Below are positions 50,621-59,972 of a DNA stretch of 64,000 nucleotides, piece by piece. The notes under the pieces are model-generated. The model was not told the DNA's origin. It did no database searches and saw only the letters and a program-made list of their open reading frames with translations. Positions within the stretch are counted from its first letter, which is position 1. Each line of letters begins with the position of its first letter. The position numbers were made by a program, and so were the translations under genes. Source of the stretch: Nitrosopumilus sp. (GTDB lineage: Archaea > Thermoproteota > Nitrososphaeria > Nitrososphaerales > Nitrosopumilaceae); contig OZ244650.1 in assembly GCA_965218785.1 (NCBI GenBank), forward strand, positions 1,927,090 through 1,991,089, in the 5' to 3' direction.

Positions 50621-50977
50621 TCACCCTGTGAAAATATTTTCAATTGATTTAATGGGATCAAAATTGAAAATTTTCTCGGTAATTGTTTGCTGGAATGATT
50701 CTTTTTCCGCCGATGTTTCATCAGTAGAGTCATCACCAGTGTCGGTAATTTCATCAGTTATGGTATTGCTTGTGACGTTTGTTATCGTATCAACTGATTC
50801 ATCAATTCGCTGTTCAACAAAATCCGATGCCTGGGCACTAAAATTAATCACGTCCTTTTTTAGGGAATCAATTAAGGTATGGGAGGAATTGGGGAAGAAT
50901 GTGTCAATTTCATTTGTAAAGATCATCGCCCCCAAGATCACAATGCCTGCAATTATGCCTAGTTTTATGAACATCAA
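50621..50977 (-). CDS. Hypothetical membrane-anchored protein
   Basis: IKLGIIAGIVILG TM helix, then acidic Thr/Ser-rich body. Confidence 0.7.
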   Translation of the reverse strand: MMFIKLGIIAGIVILGAMIFTNEIDTFFPNSSHTLIDSLKKDVINFSAQASDFVEQRIDESVDTITNVTSNTITDEITDTGDDSTDETSAEKESFQQTITEKIFNFDPIKSIENIFTG

Positions 50978-51059
50978 GCAGTAATGCTAAAAAACAAATT
51001 TTAGATCCAAGCTTTAAAAAATACTCAAAAATGAGTGAATTTTCTTAACAAAATTCGTA

Positions 51060-51464
51060 TTATTGGGTAAACCAGCTAATAATTCGATCAATTTCCGGTG
51101 AAATAAGAATTATCTTGATTGGTCCCAGCGGGGATTCATCTGAATTTTCACAAATGACAATCTTTCCCGCATATGCGGCCTGCTTGTTCAGATAAAACCA
51201 GGTGTTGTTGTTGCCTTTTAGATTTTTTTCGAGGTTGCGCCTGTAGATTTTTTGGGATCTTTTTGTGTGAATTGTTTCATAAATTTTTTCAAGACATCGC
51301 AGATCCTCGGATTGGGAGCTGATTGAAAAATTTTTAGAATCAATATTCAGATAAGGAAGAATATTTGATACTGCCTTTCTTATTTTATCTGGATCTTCAG
51401 ATGGATTTACCGGACAAAACACCTCTATCTTGCAGTCAATCTCTGGGATATTCATTCCATCCAA
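51060..51464 (-). CDS. DUF54/UPF0201 RNA-binding protein
   Basis: VNPSEDPDKIRKAV.N, YLNKQAA, ESPLGPI. Confidence 0.88.
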   Translation of the reverse strand: MDGMNIPEIDCKIEVFCPVNPSEDPDKIRKAVSNILPYLNIDSKNFSISSQSEDLRCLEKIYETIHTKRSQKIYRRNLEKNLKGNNNTWFYLNKQAAYAGKIVICENSDESPLGPIKIILISPEIDRIISWFTQ

Positions 51465-52000
51465 CTTTGAATAATTTGAAATGCAGATTCGATCAGTTCG
51501 TCCTTTGTCAGACCAGTATTAGATACTGCATTATCAGACAACGCGATCGGATTGCTGATTCCAACACCCAGTTCGCAGCTGTCTCTTTCTACAAAATGCT
51601 CCTTTGTTTGTGGATCATCTGATCGTCCCCTTTTTTGCAGGAAATCAAACCGGGTGTCAGTTGATGCGTGAACGGCAAGTAATCTTACATTGCCGAAATT
51701 TCTGAGCACCTGTATCTCATCAATGGATCTTATACCGTCAATTAGGACCACGTTGGCTGTAGATGACTCTATTTTTGGCTTGACTAGTTCTGCAACAGCG
51801 CCAGGACCGTTTATTTCTCGAAGCTCCAACATCAGTTTCCTAAGGTTTAATCTTGATGGTTCCAGGTTTTGCCTGGCCGCCTCTTCTCTGACGGCATCCC
51901 CCATATTGACTATGTCATATCCTTTTAATTCGAGTCCGTCTGCAATCGTCGATTTTCCCGCCCCGGGCATGCCTGTCAGACATACGATCAGTTTTGCCAA
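51452..52000 (-). CDS. UPF0200 P-loop kinase (dephospho-CoA kinase-like)
   Basis: LTGMPGAGKST, MGDAVR, IDGIRS, RGRSDD, RD..ELGVG. Confidence 0.88.
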   Translation of the reverse strand: MAKLIVCLTGMPGAGKSTIADGLELKGYDIVNMGDAVREEAARQNLEPSRLNLRKLMLELREINGPGAVAELVKPKIESSTANVVLIDGIRSIDEIQVLRNFGNVRLLAVHASTDTRFDFLQKRGRSDDPQTKEHFVERDSCELGVGISNPIALSDNAVSNTGLTKDELIESAFQIIQSWME

Positions 52001-52070
52001 TATGCACCAAAAAAAGGTCTGGTCTATGAAGCTACCGGAAATTATTATATGGATACATCGGAGGGTGGTT

Positions 52071-52613
52071 ATGCGAGTATTTGTGGCAATTGAGATCTCA
52101 GATGACAAGATAGTTGATTCCATAAAAAAATTTCAATCAGAGATCAACATTGATGCCAAGGCAGTCGAATCTGGAAATTTTCACTTTACCTTGCAGTTTT
52201 TAGGTGAGATATCAGAGGGGGCCTCGCCGAAGATCATCGAGGCACTCCATACCGTAGAGTTTTCAGGCTTTGATGTTAGTCTGAAGGGGGTGGGTGTATT
52301 TCCGGAATCCGGATCTCCAAAAATAATTTGGATTGGTACTGACGAGGATAGCAGGCAGAAACTAGTTGAGCTGGCAAAAAAAGTTGAAAAGACGCTGTTA
52401 TCTCTGGGATTTCTACCAGATAAGACATTCAAACCCCACATCACGGTCTTTAGAATTAAAAAGAAGGCAGAGGATATAACAAAAGAATTGAGCGGCAAAA
52501 AAACCACATATTTTGGAACACAGAATATTACGGAAATTAAATTGAAAAAAAGTGAATTTACACCAAACGGACCGGTTTACTCTGATTTGGGGGAGATCAA
52601 GGCAGGAAAATGA
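52071..52613 (+). CDS. thpR: RNA 2',3'-cyclic phosphodiesterase (2H family)
   Basis: MRVFVAI, HFTLQFLGE, FKPHIT, GPVY. Confidence 0.92.
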   Translation: MRVFVAIEISDDKIVDSIKKFQSEINIDAKAVESGNFHFTLQFLGEISEGASPKIIEALHTVEFSGFDVSLKGVGVFPESGSPKIIWIGTDEDSRQKLVELAKKVEKTLLSLGFLPDKTFKPHITVFRIKKKAEDITKELSGKKTTYFGTQNITEIKLKKSEFTPNGPVYSDLGEIKAGK

Positions 52614-53941
52614 ACCAGGTTATCTCCAGAGTAGGCAGGGATGTTATTCCATCAAAAACTGTAGAAAAATCAAAAAAACGGATTGCCGAGATGGCATTTG
52701 ATCTGGTCAGAAAGGAGGTTGAAAAATTTCCCGAAGTTATGGGATTAGAGTACGGGGGTTCGTATGCAAAGGGTACGTGGTTATCAAAGGATGCAGATGT
52801 GGATATTTTTGTCAGATTTGAGAAATCCATCCCGGATGAAAAATTTGAAAAAATTTCAAAGAAGATTGGTTTTGAATCCCTGAAAAAATACTCCCCGTAT
52901 GTCAGATACTCTGAACATCCGTATGTTGAGGCTAAAATTAAAGATACCAAAATTAACGTGGTGCCGTTTTACGACGTAAAAATTGCAAAATGGAAGAGTG
53001 CCGCAGACAGATCACCGTTTCACACGCGATTTATGAAAAAATCTCTGACGCCGAAGATGCAAAACGAGGTGAGAATCCTGAAAACGTTTCTAAAGTCAAA
53101 TGGAATTTACGGATCAGAAATTGCAAAACAGGGATTCAGCGGATATATCTCAGAGGTCCTGATACTGAATTTTGCAAGTTTTGAGAATGTGATCAGGTCA
53201 ATCTCAGCAATTAAGGAGGGACAGGTCGTTGGGAAGACGTCAAGAAAATTTGCAACGCCGGTGGTAATCATCGATCCAATCGACAGTAACAGGAATCTGG
53301 CCGCGGCAGTCTCTGTGGAAAATCTTGGAAAGTTTATTCTTGTTTGCAGCGCCTTCAAAGTAAAGCCCACACTGTCGTTCTTTAAGGGCAGAAAACCAAG
53401 GGCATCAGAGAAGCACTGGAAAAATCTGCTGGTGGTAAAATTTAATTTTAAAATTAGAAGTCCGGACATAGTTTGGGGGCAGATACAAAGGGCCACCGCA
53501 TCGTTATCCACACAGCTGGAACTAGGAGGGTTTAACGTACTGAGAAGCAAGCCCCACACAGATCAGCAAAAAGAGGCATATCTCTTTTTCCTGCTAGAAT
53601 CCAGGAGCATTTCCCAGACATATCAAAAGGGCGGACCGGACTTTTTCAGGGAGGGCAGTTCTAAAAGCTTTATCTCCAAAAATCTTAAAAATGTAGAGTT
53701 GATGTGGATTGGAAACAACCGAAAAATAATGTCGTTGGAAAAAAGAAAGCATACAGACGCAGACAAATTCATCAGGGAATATTTAGAAAAGAATCTTCTG
53801 ACAGGAATGCCAAAAGGTCTGCAAGATGATCTCAAACGGGGCTTCAAGGTTTCGGTGGGGGAGAGAAATCTAAGCAAATCAATTAAAGAGGCAGCAAGTG
53901 AGCTGATTTCAACAGATGGCACCTTCCTTCATTTCAATTAA
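52610..53941 (+). CDS. cca: CCA-adding enzyme (archaeal class I)
   Basis: GGSYAKGTWL..DADVDIF, SAADRSPFH, GFSGYISE, IDPID..RN. Confidence 0.95.
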   Translation: MNQVISRVGRDVIPSKTVEKSKKRIAEMAFDLVRKEVEKFPEVMGLEYGGSYAKGTWLSKDADVDIFVRFEKSIPDEKFEKISKKIGFESLKKYSPYVRYSEHPYVEAKIKDTKINVVPFYDVKIAKWKSAADRSPFHTRFMKKSLTPKMQNEVRILKTFLKSNGIYGSEIAKQGFSGYISEVLILNFASFENVIRSISAIKEGQVVGKTSRKFATPVVIIDPIDSNRNLAAAVSVENLGKFILVCSAFKVKPTLSFFKGRKPRASEKHWKNLLVVKFNFKIRSPDIVWGQIQRATASLSTQLELGGFNVLRSKPHTDQQKEAYLFFLLESRSISQTYQKGGPDFFREGSSKSFISKNLKNVELMWIGNNRKIMSLEKRKHTDADKFIREYLEKNLLTGMPKGLQDDLKRGFKVSVGERNLSKSIKEAASELISTDGTFLHFN

Positions 53942-54677
53942 GAAATTCGCAGACGAGCCGTACTCAAAAATTCTCGGATATCCCAGAGCCACCAACCGTC
54001 AGATTAGATCAAGAATCAATGAGTTGGAAAAATTAAAAATCAGATCAATCTCACTGACTGGTCCCACCACGCTTGGCAGGCTGGCGATTTTGGGAAAGGG
54101 ATACGTCGGTGTCGTGGTTCTTGCAAAAAAGGGAACCCGGCAGGTTGCAGTAAAAATTAGAAGAACAGATTCGCAAAGAGACGGGATGAAAAACGAGGCA
54201 GACCTGCTGAAATTAGTAAATTCAGTTGGTGTCGGTCCAAAAATGTTTGCTGCCAGTAAAAATTTTCTGGTTATGGAATATCTTGAAGGAATGAAAATCA
54301 GTGAATGGGTAAATAAACTGGGGGGAGCAGGCAGCTCAAAAAGATTAAAATCCACAATCAGGAGTGTTTTGGAGGATTGCTACAAATTAGACAGCATGGG
54401 CTGTGATCATGGCGAGCTGAGCAACATCACAAAGCACGTCATTGTCGGAGAAACACGATCAACTCTGATTGATTTTGAGAGTTCTAGCACCAAAAGAAGG
54501 CCCTCAAATGTGACATCAGTTACCCAGGCAATTTTTATCGGTTCGGGAATTGCAAAAAAGACCCAGAAAATTTACAAAAATCCCACCAAAAAGAGGATCA
54601 TAGATGCGTTAAAGCAGTACAAGCAGGAGAAGACACGGGAAAATTTTGATAGTCTGCTAAAGATTCTAAGAGTGTAG
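53916..54677 (+). CDS. RIO/Bud32-like Ser/Thr protein kinase
   Basis: LGKGYVGVV, VAVKIRR, HGELS, IDFE. Confidence 0.85.
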   Translation: MAPSFISIKKFADEPYSKILGYPRATNRQIRSRINELEKLKIRSISLTGPTTLGRLAILGKGYVGVVVLAKKGTRQVAVKIRRTDSQRDGMKNEADLLKLVNSVGVGPKMFAASKNFLVMEYLEGMKISEWVNKLGGAGSSKRLKSTIRSVLEDCYKLDSMGCDHGELSNITKHVIVGETRSTLIDFESSSTKRRPSNVTSVTQAIFIGSGIAKKTQKIYKNPTKKRIIDALKQYKQEKTRENFDSLLKILRV

Positions 54678-54797
54678 GATCTGCTGATCCAGGGCGATCT
54701 GCTTTTCGTACAATGGGATTGAATTATGATAACCAAAGATAGGCATAATTTCTCAGAATCCTTTATCTGTAAATGATGTATAGTTCAATGAAGAAAT

Positions 54798-55250
54798 ATG
54801 GCTTTGAACGAATTTGTAAATTTCTTAGATAAGAATAAGATGATTGCAAAAGAACACATAACAGATGACAGTGATGAAGGATTCAACAATAGACTGCGAA
54901 TTCAGAAATATGTATTTCTTTCCAAATATTTTGGATTAAATTTGCCATACAGTTACAACATGCATTTGAAGGGACCATATTCAAAAGATCTAGTTCGTGA
55001 TTATTATAACATAGATGACTCTAATAACAATCCAAACGCATTGAATTCTTTGAATCGTGATAAATTTTTAAATTTAGTACGGGAAAAATCTGATGGATGG
55101 TTAGAGTTGGCTGCAACAATCCTTCACAAAAAAGGGACCATAGATGACGAGTTGTTGTTAGAGTATATAGCATGGATAAAATGTGATTTTTCTGATGAAG
55201 AAATAGAAAAAGTCCATAGTGACTTGCAGGGAAGTATTGAAAATGAATAA
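54798..55250 (+). CDS. YwgA / DarG-C-terminal-like protein (putative antitoxin domain)
   Basis: RLRIQKYVFL...YSYNMHLKGPYSKDL...WLELAATI. Confidence 0.6.
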   Translation: MALNEFVNFLDKNKMIAKEHITDDSDEGFNNRLRIQKYVFLSKYFGLNLPYSYNMHLKGPYSKDLVRDYYNIDDSNNNPNALNSLNRDKFLNLVREKSDGWLELAATILHKKGTIDDELLLEYIAWIKCDFSDEEIEKVHSDLQGSIENE

Positions 55251-55782
55251 GAAAATTTTCATTCCAGCAATTGCCGCAATAGCTCTCCTCCCAGTAATGA
55301 TGTACTTTGGAGGAATATTTCCGATGGATGTAACTACATACGCACTTTCACCAGCTTATGACAAACAAGAACTTGTGAAAAAAAGTGATATTATTGCTTA
55401 TGGTACGCTTGTATCTAGCAAGGCATATGTAGAATGGTCAATGAATGGAAACATTGCAGTTCCCTCAGTTTACACAGTTTGGACTCTGCAAAAAAGTGAA
55501 TCATTAAAAGGTAATACAGATAAAATTATTGAATTTGTTGTTGATGGTGGAGAATATAACAACATCAAACAAACAATTATGTACGAAACAGAACTGAATG
55601 AAAGAGATGATGTACTTGTATTTTTGTCAAAAGAGACTGATAGTATCTATAAAGACAATTATTACATAACAGGACTTGCGAATGGAATATTCAAGATTAA
55701 AGATGGGGTTGTAAAAAACAACTTTATGAAAACATCTGAGAATGCCGATTCAATGAAGGCATCTCTAAAGTTATTCAATTAA
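55243..55782 (+). CDS. Secreted hypothetical protein
   Basis: Signal peptide; ELVKKSDIIAYG...GG....VLVFL pattern; followed by a T-tract. Confidence 0.7.
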   Translation: MNKKIFIPAIAAIALLPVMMYFGGIFPMDVTTYALSPAYDKQELVKKSDIIAYGTLVSSKAYVEWSMNGNIAVPSVYTVWTLQKSESLKGNTDKIIEFVVDGGEYNNIKQTIMYETELNERDDVLVFLSKETDSIYKDNYYITGLANGIFKIKDGVVKNNFMKTSENADSMKASLKLFN

Positions 55783-55912
55783 TCTTCTTTTTTATTTTTT
55801 TAATCATAAAAAATGTAATTATTGACGAGGATTTCCTAATCAGGGATATTATCTGTGAGTTTGAATCCAGAAATATGCCGAGTATGCCAGTCTCATTATA
55901 AACCAGATAGAA

Positions 55913-55986
55913 TGGGATCGGCAGGATTTGAACCTGCGATCACTAGTCCCCCAGACTAGTATCATACCAAGCTAGACTACGATCCC
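55913..55986 (-). tRNA. tRNA-Pro(GGG)
   Basis: Reverse complement GGGATCG...CTAGT-CTGGGGG-ACTAG...GCAGGTTCAAATCCTGC-CGATCCCA. Confidence 0.95.
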
Positions 55987-56028
55987 TGTCAGAAGACCCA
56001 CAATGAAATTATTAAATTGTCGTATTGA

Positions 56029-56247
56029 TTGAGAAAAGTCATGAAAATGTGCAGTATCTGTCATAAAATCTCTGCAACCGAACAGGATCATCTTGATTGT
56101 GTTCAGCGAAGAAGCATCGAGATGGGGGATGAGAATTTTAAAAACAACATTCCTGAAGAGATGAATCTGTCAAAAAATACCCAGGATTTGAGTGTCGAGG
56201 TAAGGGCCATCTTGGAACATCTCACAAGAAAGAAAGATGAGAAATAA
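56029..56247 (+). CDS. Small hypothetical protein (Cys/His motif)
   Basis: CSICH...DHLDC. Confidence 0.65.
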   Translation: MRKVMKMCSICHKISATEQDHLDCVQRRSIEMGDENFKNNIPEEMNLSKNTQDLSVEVRAILEHLTRKKDEK

Positions 56248-56265
56248 TTATCCGGCGTCTGCCAG

Positions 56266-57006
56266 CTATCGTTCCTGGGTGGTGGGTCTGATCAAAATCT
56301 CGTTAACATTAACATGTGGTGGCGATTCAACTGCATACAAAATTGCATTTGCAATGTCTGGGGCCTGTAAGGCCTCCATCTTTTTGGCGTTTTCAACAAA
56401 TCCCTTCAGGGATTCATCAGTAATTGCATCATTGAGTTCGGTAGCTACGACTCCGGGTTCGATGCTAGTCACCCTGATGTTCGAGCGTACGCTAAATTCC
56501 TGTCTCAGCCCCTCGCTAAATGCGGCAACTGCGTGTTTTGTTGCACAGTAAACACTGCCGGCAGGAAAAACAATTCTTCCGGCCACCGATGAGAGATTTA
56601 CAATGTGACCGGATTTTTTTTCCTTCATATGGGAAATTACTGCGGCCGTGGAATACAACACGCCCTTGATGTTCACATCAATCATTCTATCCCATTCGTC
56701 CACCTTGAGGCTCTTAAAGAAGCTCAGTGGCATCAGGCCCGCGTTATTTACAAGAATATCAATCGAGTTCCATTTATCCAGGACTGCCTTTGCAAAATTT
56801 TCACATTCTGATCTTTGTGTTACATCTAATTTTTGATAAAATACCTCCCCGCCATCAGCCGAGATTTTCTTTGCAAGTTCTTCTAGCCTGTCAACTCTTC
56901 TAGCACCAATAGCTACTTTGGCACCCGCCTTTGATAGTGCCAGGGCAGTGGCAGTACCGATTCCACTGCTTGCGCCAGTTATTATTGCCACCTTATCTTT
57001 GATCAT
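56266..57006 (-). CDS. SDR-family oxidoreductase
   Basis: TGASSGIG, NNAG, YCATK, IEPG. Confidence 0.93.
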   Translation of the reverse strand: MIKDKVAIITGASSGIGTATALALSKAGAKVAIGARRVDRLEELAKKISADGGEVFYQKLDVTQRSECENFAKAVLDKWNSIDILVNNAGLMPLSFFKSLKVDEWDRMIDVNIKGVLYSTAAVISHMKEKKSGHIVNLSSVAGRIVFPAGSVYCATKHAVAAFSEGLRQEFSVRSNIRVTSIEPGVVATELNDAITDESLKGFVENAKKMEALQAPDIANAILYAVESPPHVNVNEILIRPTTQER

Positions 57007-57431
57007 AGAATCTACAAACAGGCTTGATTGCAACATCGTAAAAATGTTTAGGCGTAACTGTTTGCCAAACGCCCATTATAACACACTAGAAGAACAACCG
57101 GCTGCCGCCATTTCAAGGATTATCGCCTGATCGCATTTTTCAAGAAGCATATTTGAGAAAATTAGAAGGAAAGGAAAGAATTTGTGACTCCAGTATGCAC
57201 ACAAACCAACCCAAGTAGAATTCTTGGAATAATAGAAGCATATGTCAAAGGTTGCGATCTTTTAGAAGCCAAGAATTCTAGAAATATTTAAAATTTATTT
57301 GATGATCATTGATTTTCGAAAATATTTTGAAGTAAAAGAACGACTAACATAATTTTAATATTTTTACTCGGTCATTTTTTAAAATACAAAATATCGGATA
57401 CAGATTTAAAGAGATCTATCAAATATTACAT

Positions 57432-58460
57432 GTGCCAAAGTTTCAATTTACTCCTGATCAGATTGAAAATCTAAAAAACTCCAAACTGAATCTTAACATG
57501 GAAGAGGCAAAGAACTGGTATTCTAACGAGGAAAAGGCAGAGATACAAACAACTGCGATTCTAAACAATGAAAAATTCATTCAGGGTGAAAATTTGTCAG
57601 CAGAAAAACTCGATGATCTTTTCAAGAATATGCGATGGTTTTCTGCAAACCGTAATCTGACAAATTTGTTATACAGATCTGATATTGACGAATTCAACAA
57701 TAAACTGCGAAACCTTCTTCATGGAACTGCATCATTTCCTGAAAGAATCAACGATTTTCTAAAGATGAAAGGAATAGGAATTCAGACACTCTCACAGTTT
57801 TTGGTTGCATCAGACACCAAAAAACATGCTTTTATCAGCTCGCAATTAAAGGAAGTTCTTACGATCAGCTCCGAACAAGATCAAGATGCAAGAATGGAAG
57901 CGTTGGAGATTCACCAAATCAACAATCCCGAAAACTACCTTGAGAGAACATTGGAGTATCTTAGAGACTGTGTTATTTTCAAATCCGTTAAAGACCTGCT
58001 AAGCTTAGAAAAATACACTCTGGTAAATAATCTCCTTTGGTTTACATTTGAAAGAGAAGATGAAGATCCTGAAGAAATAATCAAATCATATGGTTCAATA
58101 TCTATCGAAAATGACCTGAAGAGTTTCCTTGCAGACAATATTTTTCTGGTTGAAAAAGGTCTGACTCTGAAGCAAAAAGAGTATGACACTAGAGAAGTTG
58201 GACGGATAGATCTCCTATGTAAAGACCAAAAAAACAATCACGTTGTAATCGAATTAAAAAAAGGTAGAAAAAATGATGAAGTGGTTGGCCAGATACTCAG
58301 ATATCTTGGATGGGTGGAAAAAAACCTCAAAACCAAAGTTCGCGGAATTATCATTGTCAATGAACCAGATGAGCGATTAGAATATGCTTTGTATCCAATC
58401 AAAAATCTCATTGAATTAAAATTCTACAAAGTAAATTTTGAGATAAAAGACAAAGTCTAG
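57432..58460 (+). CDS. Putative restriction-type nuclease: helical/HhH N-terminal domain plus NucS/DUF91-like PD-(D/E)XK domain
   Basis: MKGIGIQTLSQFL (HhH-like); ENDLKSFL..EY...GRIDLL..VVIELKKG...VVGQILRY. Confidence 0.8.
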   Translation: MPKFQFTPDQIENLKNSKLNLNMEEAKNWYSNEEKAEIQTTAILNNEKFIQGENLSAEKLDDLFKNMRWFSANRNLTNLLYRSDIDEFNNKLRNLLHGTASFPERINDFLKMKGIGIQTLSQFLVASDTKKHAFISSQLKEVLTISSEQDQDARMEALEIHQINNPENYLERTLEYLRDCVIFKSVKDLLSLEKYTLVNNLLWFTFEREDEDPEEIIKSYGSISIENDLKSFLADNIFLVEKGLTLKQKEYDTREVGRIDLLCKDQKNNHVVIELKKGRKNDEVVGQILRYLGWVEKNLKTKVRGIIIVNEPDERLEYALYPIKNLIELKFYKVNFEIKDKV

Positions 58461-58817
58461 AAATTATATTTATGGATTTCATGGACTGTAAAGTTACGTA
58501 GATGTAGCCAGATTTGATAAATCTTGGAAGTATGTCATGTGGAATGCCTACCAATTGCCAGCACAAGAACGATCTTTAGAGACTAGATTATGGTGGTTCA
58601 AGGATCGCCTAAATCGCCAGTCTCACTCTGAAAATAAAATCTATGTTGAATCATTCCAAGTGTGTTTCCAGAGGAATGCAATACGGAGACAATCCTGTAA
58701 ACGGACAGTCGGTCTGGTTGATTTTTACGCAGTTTTTGACGTATATGGATATGTTTTGGAAGACTGCTAATTTCAGAAATACTGCAACTTTATTAAAAGA
58801 AAAACCGCAGATAAACC

Positions 58818-59039
58818 ATGATATCAGAAAAATGCGCTTACTGCGGGGATTTAACGGATATGCCATTCCAGTGCAATTACTGCAAGGATCAGTTTTGTGC
58901 GGAACACAGACTTCCAGAGGAACACAGATGTGTAAAACTCAGTCTGATTAGAGCAAAAAGATTTGGTGAAAAAAAGATCATACGGGACGGCGGGCCAAAC
59001 AAACCAAATATCTTCAGGCGGATTTTTAAAAGATTCTAA
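58818..59039 (+). CDS. AN1-type zinc-finger protein
   Basis: CAYC...PFQCNYC...FCAEHRLPEEHRC. Confidence 0.9.
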   Translation: MISEKCAYCGDLTDMPFQCNYCKDQFCAEHRLPEEHRCVKLSLIRAKRFGEKKIIRDGGPNKPNIFRRIFKRF

Positions 59040-59044
59040 AAAAA

Positions 59045-59329
59045 TCAATAGGGAGTTTTGTCGGGGGAGATTTTCGCTATTTTTCCCTGATAAATCAAGG
59101 CAACGGCAAGTGCAAACATCACTGCTGCAGTTAATGGAAAATTTTCCGGAACAGGCAGGACAAACCAGTAATAAATGCCAAAACCAATGGAGACTACCGC
59201 CTGTGTCCAGAGTTTGATCCATTTCGGGGTTTTAGTCAGCCTGCATGCAACCTCAACTGCAAAGATTCCAATCACCGGATAAATTGAATAAAAAATAAAG
59301 TCAATCACATCAACGCCCGTATGAGACAT
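59045..59329 (-). CDS. Small membrane protein
   Basis: Three TM helices. Confidence 0.7.
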   Translation of the reverse strand: MSHTGVDVIDFIFYSIYPVIGIFAVEVACRLTKTPKWIKLWTQAVVSIGFGIYYWFVLPVPENFPLTAAVMFALAVALIYQGKIAKISPDKTPY

Positions 59330-59360
59330 GTATCACAACAACAAAAACCGTAATTTCTAT

Positions 59361-59918
59361 CTAATCTTCCAAATGAACCTTGGTTGCAGCGTTGTTGGTA
59401 ATCAAAGCCTGGGCATTCTCATATGGGATTGTGGCAATATCTTCAGGCTTGAAGGGACCGTATCTTTCAAGATCAGCGCCGACAATTTCGTCGACATCCT
59501 TGAGAAACCGTATGACAATTTTCTTTATCTTGTGGTTCTGGGCCAGTGATTCAAGAAATTTTGATTTGCCGTTGACTGTTGCAGAAAGAATCATCTCTGT
59601 TCTTTCCTTTTTTTCCTGCTGCGAATCCAGAATGAATTTTTCCTCATCTAAAAGATGGCTGATTTCCAAATCGGGGGATTTTGCAAGTTTGTCCAGTCGA
59701 ATATGAATCAGCAGCGATGTCAGTTCAGTTGCCATCTCTATTAACGCGTCCTTGACCTTGCTTTCAACCCCGTCAAATTCCTGTTTTTTTAAATTGCCGA
59801 TAAAGTCAGAGAGGTTCCTGTAAAAGTTCGGGTCGATTTCCAGAACGCTATCACTCTCAGTTTCCCGCAGGACTATATGGTGTAAAGAGTAGATATCAAC
59901 CGGATTTGTTGCAGACAT
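59361..59918 (-). CDS. GINS complex subunit (Gins51/Psf1-like)
   Basis: E.......IDPNFY...R..K...L..EEK; C-terminal IVGADLERYGPFKPEDIATIPYENA. Confidence 0.85.
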   Translation of the reverse strand: MSATNPVDIYSLHHIVLRETESDSVLEIDPNFYRNLSDFIGNLKKQEFDGVESKVKDALIEMATELTSLLIHIRLDKLAKSPDLEISHLLDEEKFILDSQQEKKERTEMILSATVNGKSKFLESLAQNHKIKKIVIRFLKDVDEIVGADLERYGPFKPEDIATIPYENAQALITNNAATKVHLED

Positions 59919-59972
59919 TTCTTACCTAATCCTTAAATGGCTGATGTATTTGTGTTTGATTGAAGTACAAAA

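Noticed and set aside
54711-55920. att-site duplication (AATGGGAT) flanking the insert next to tRNA-Pro
   Set aside because: Only 8 bp match, compatible with chance, and no integrase is present.
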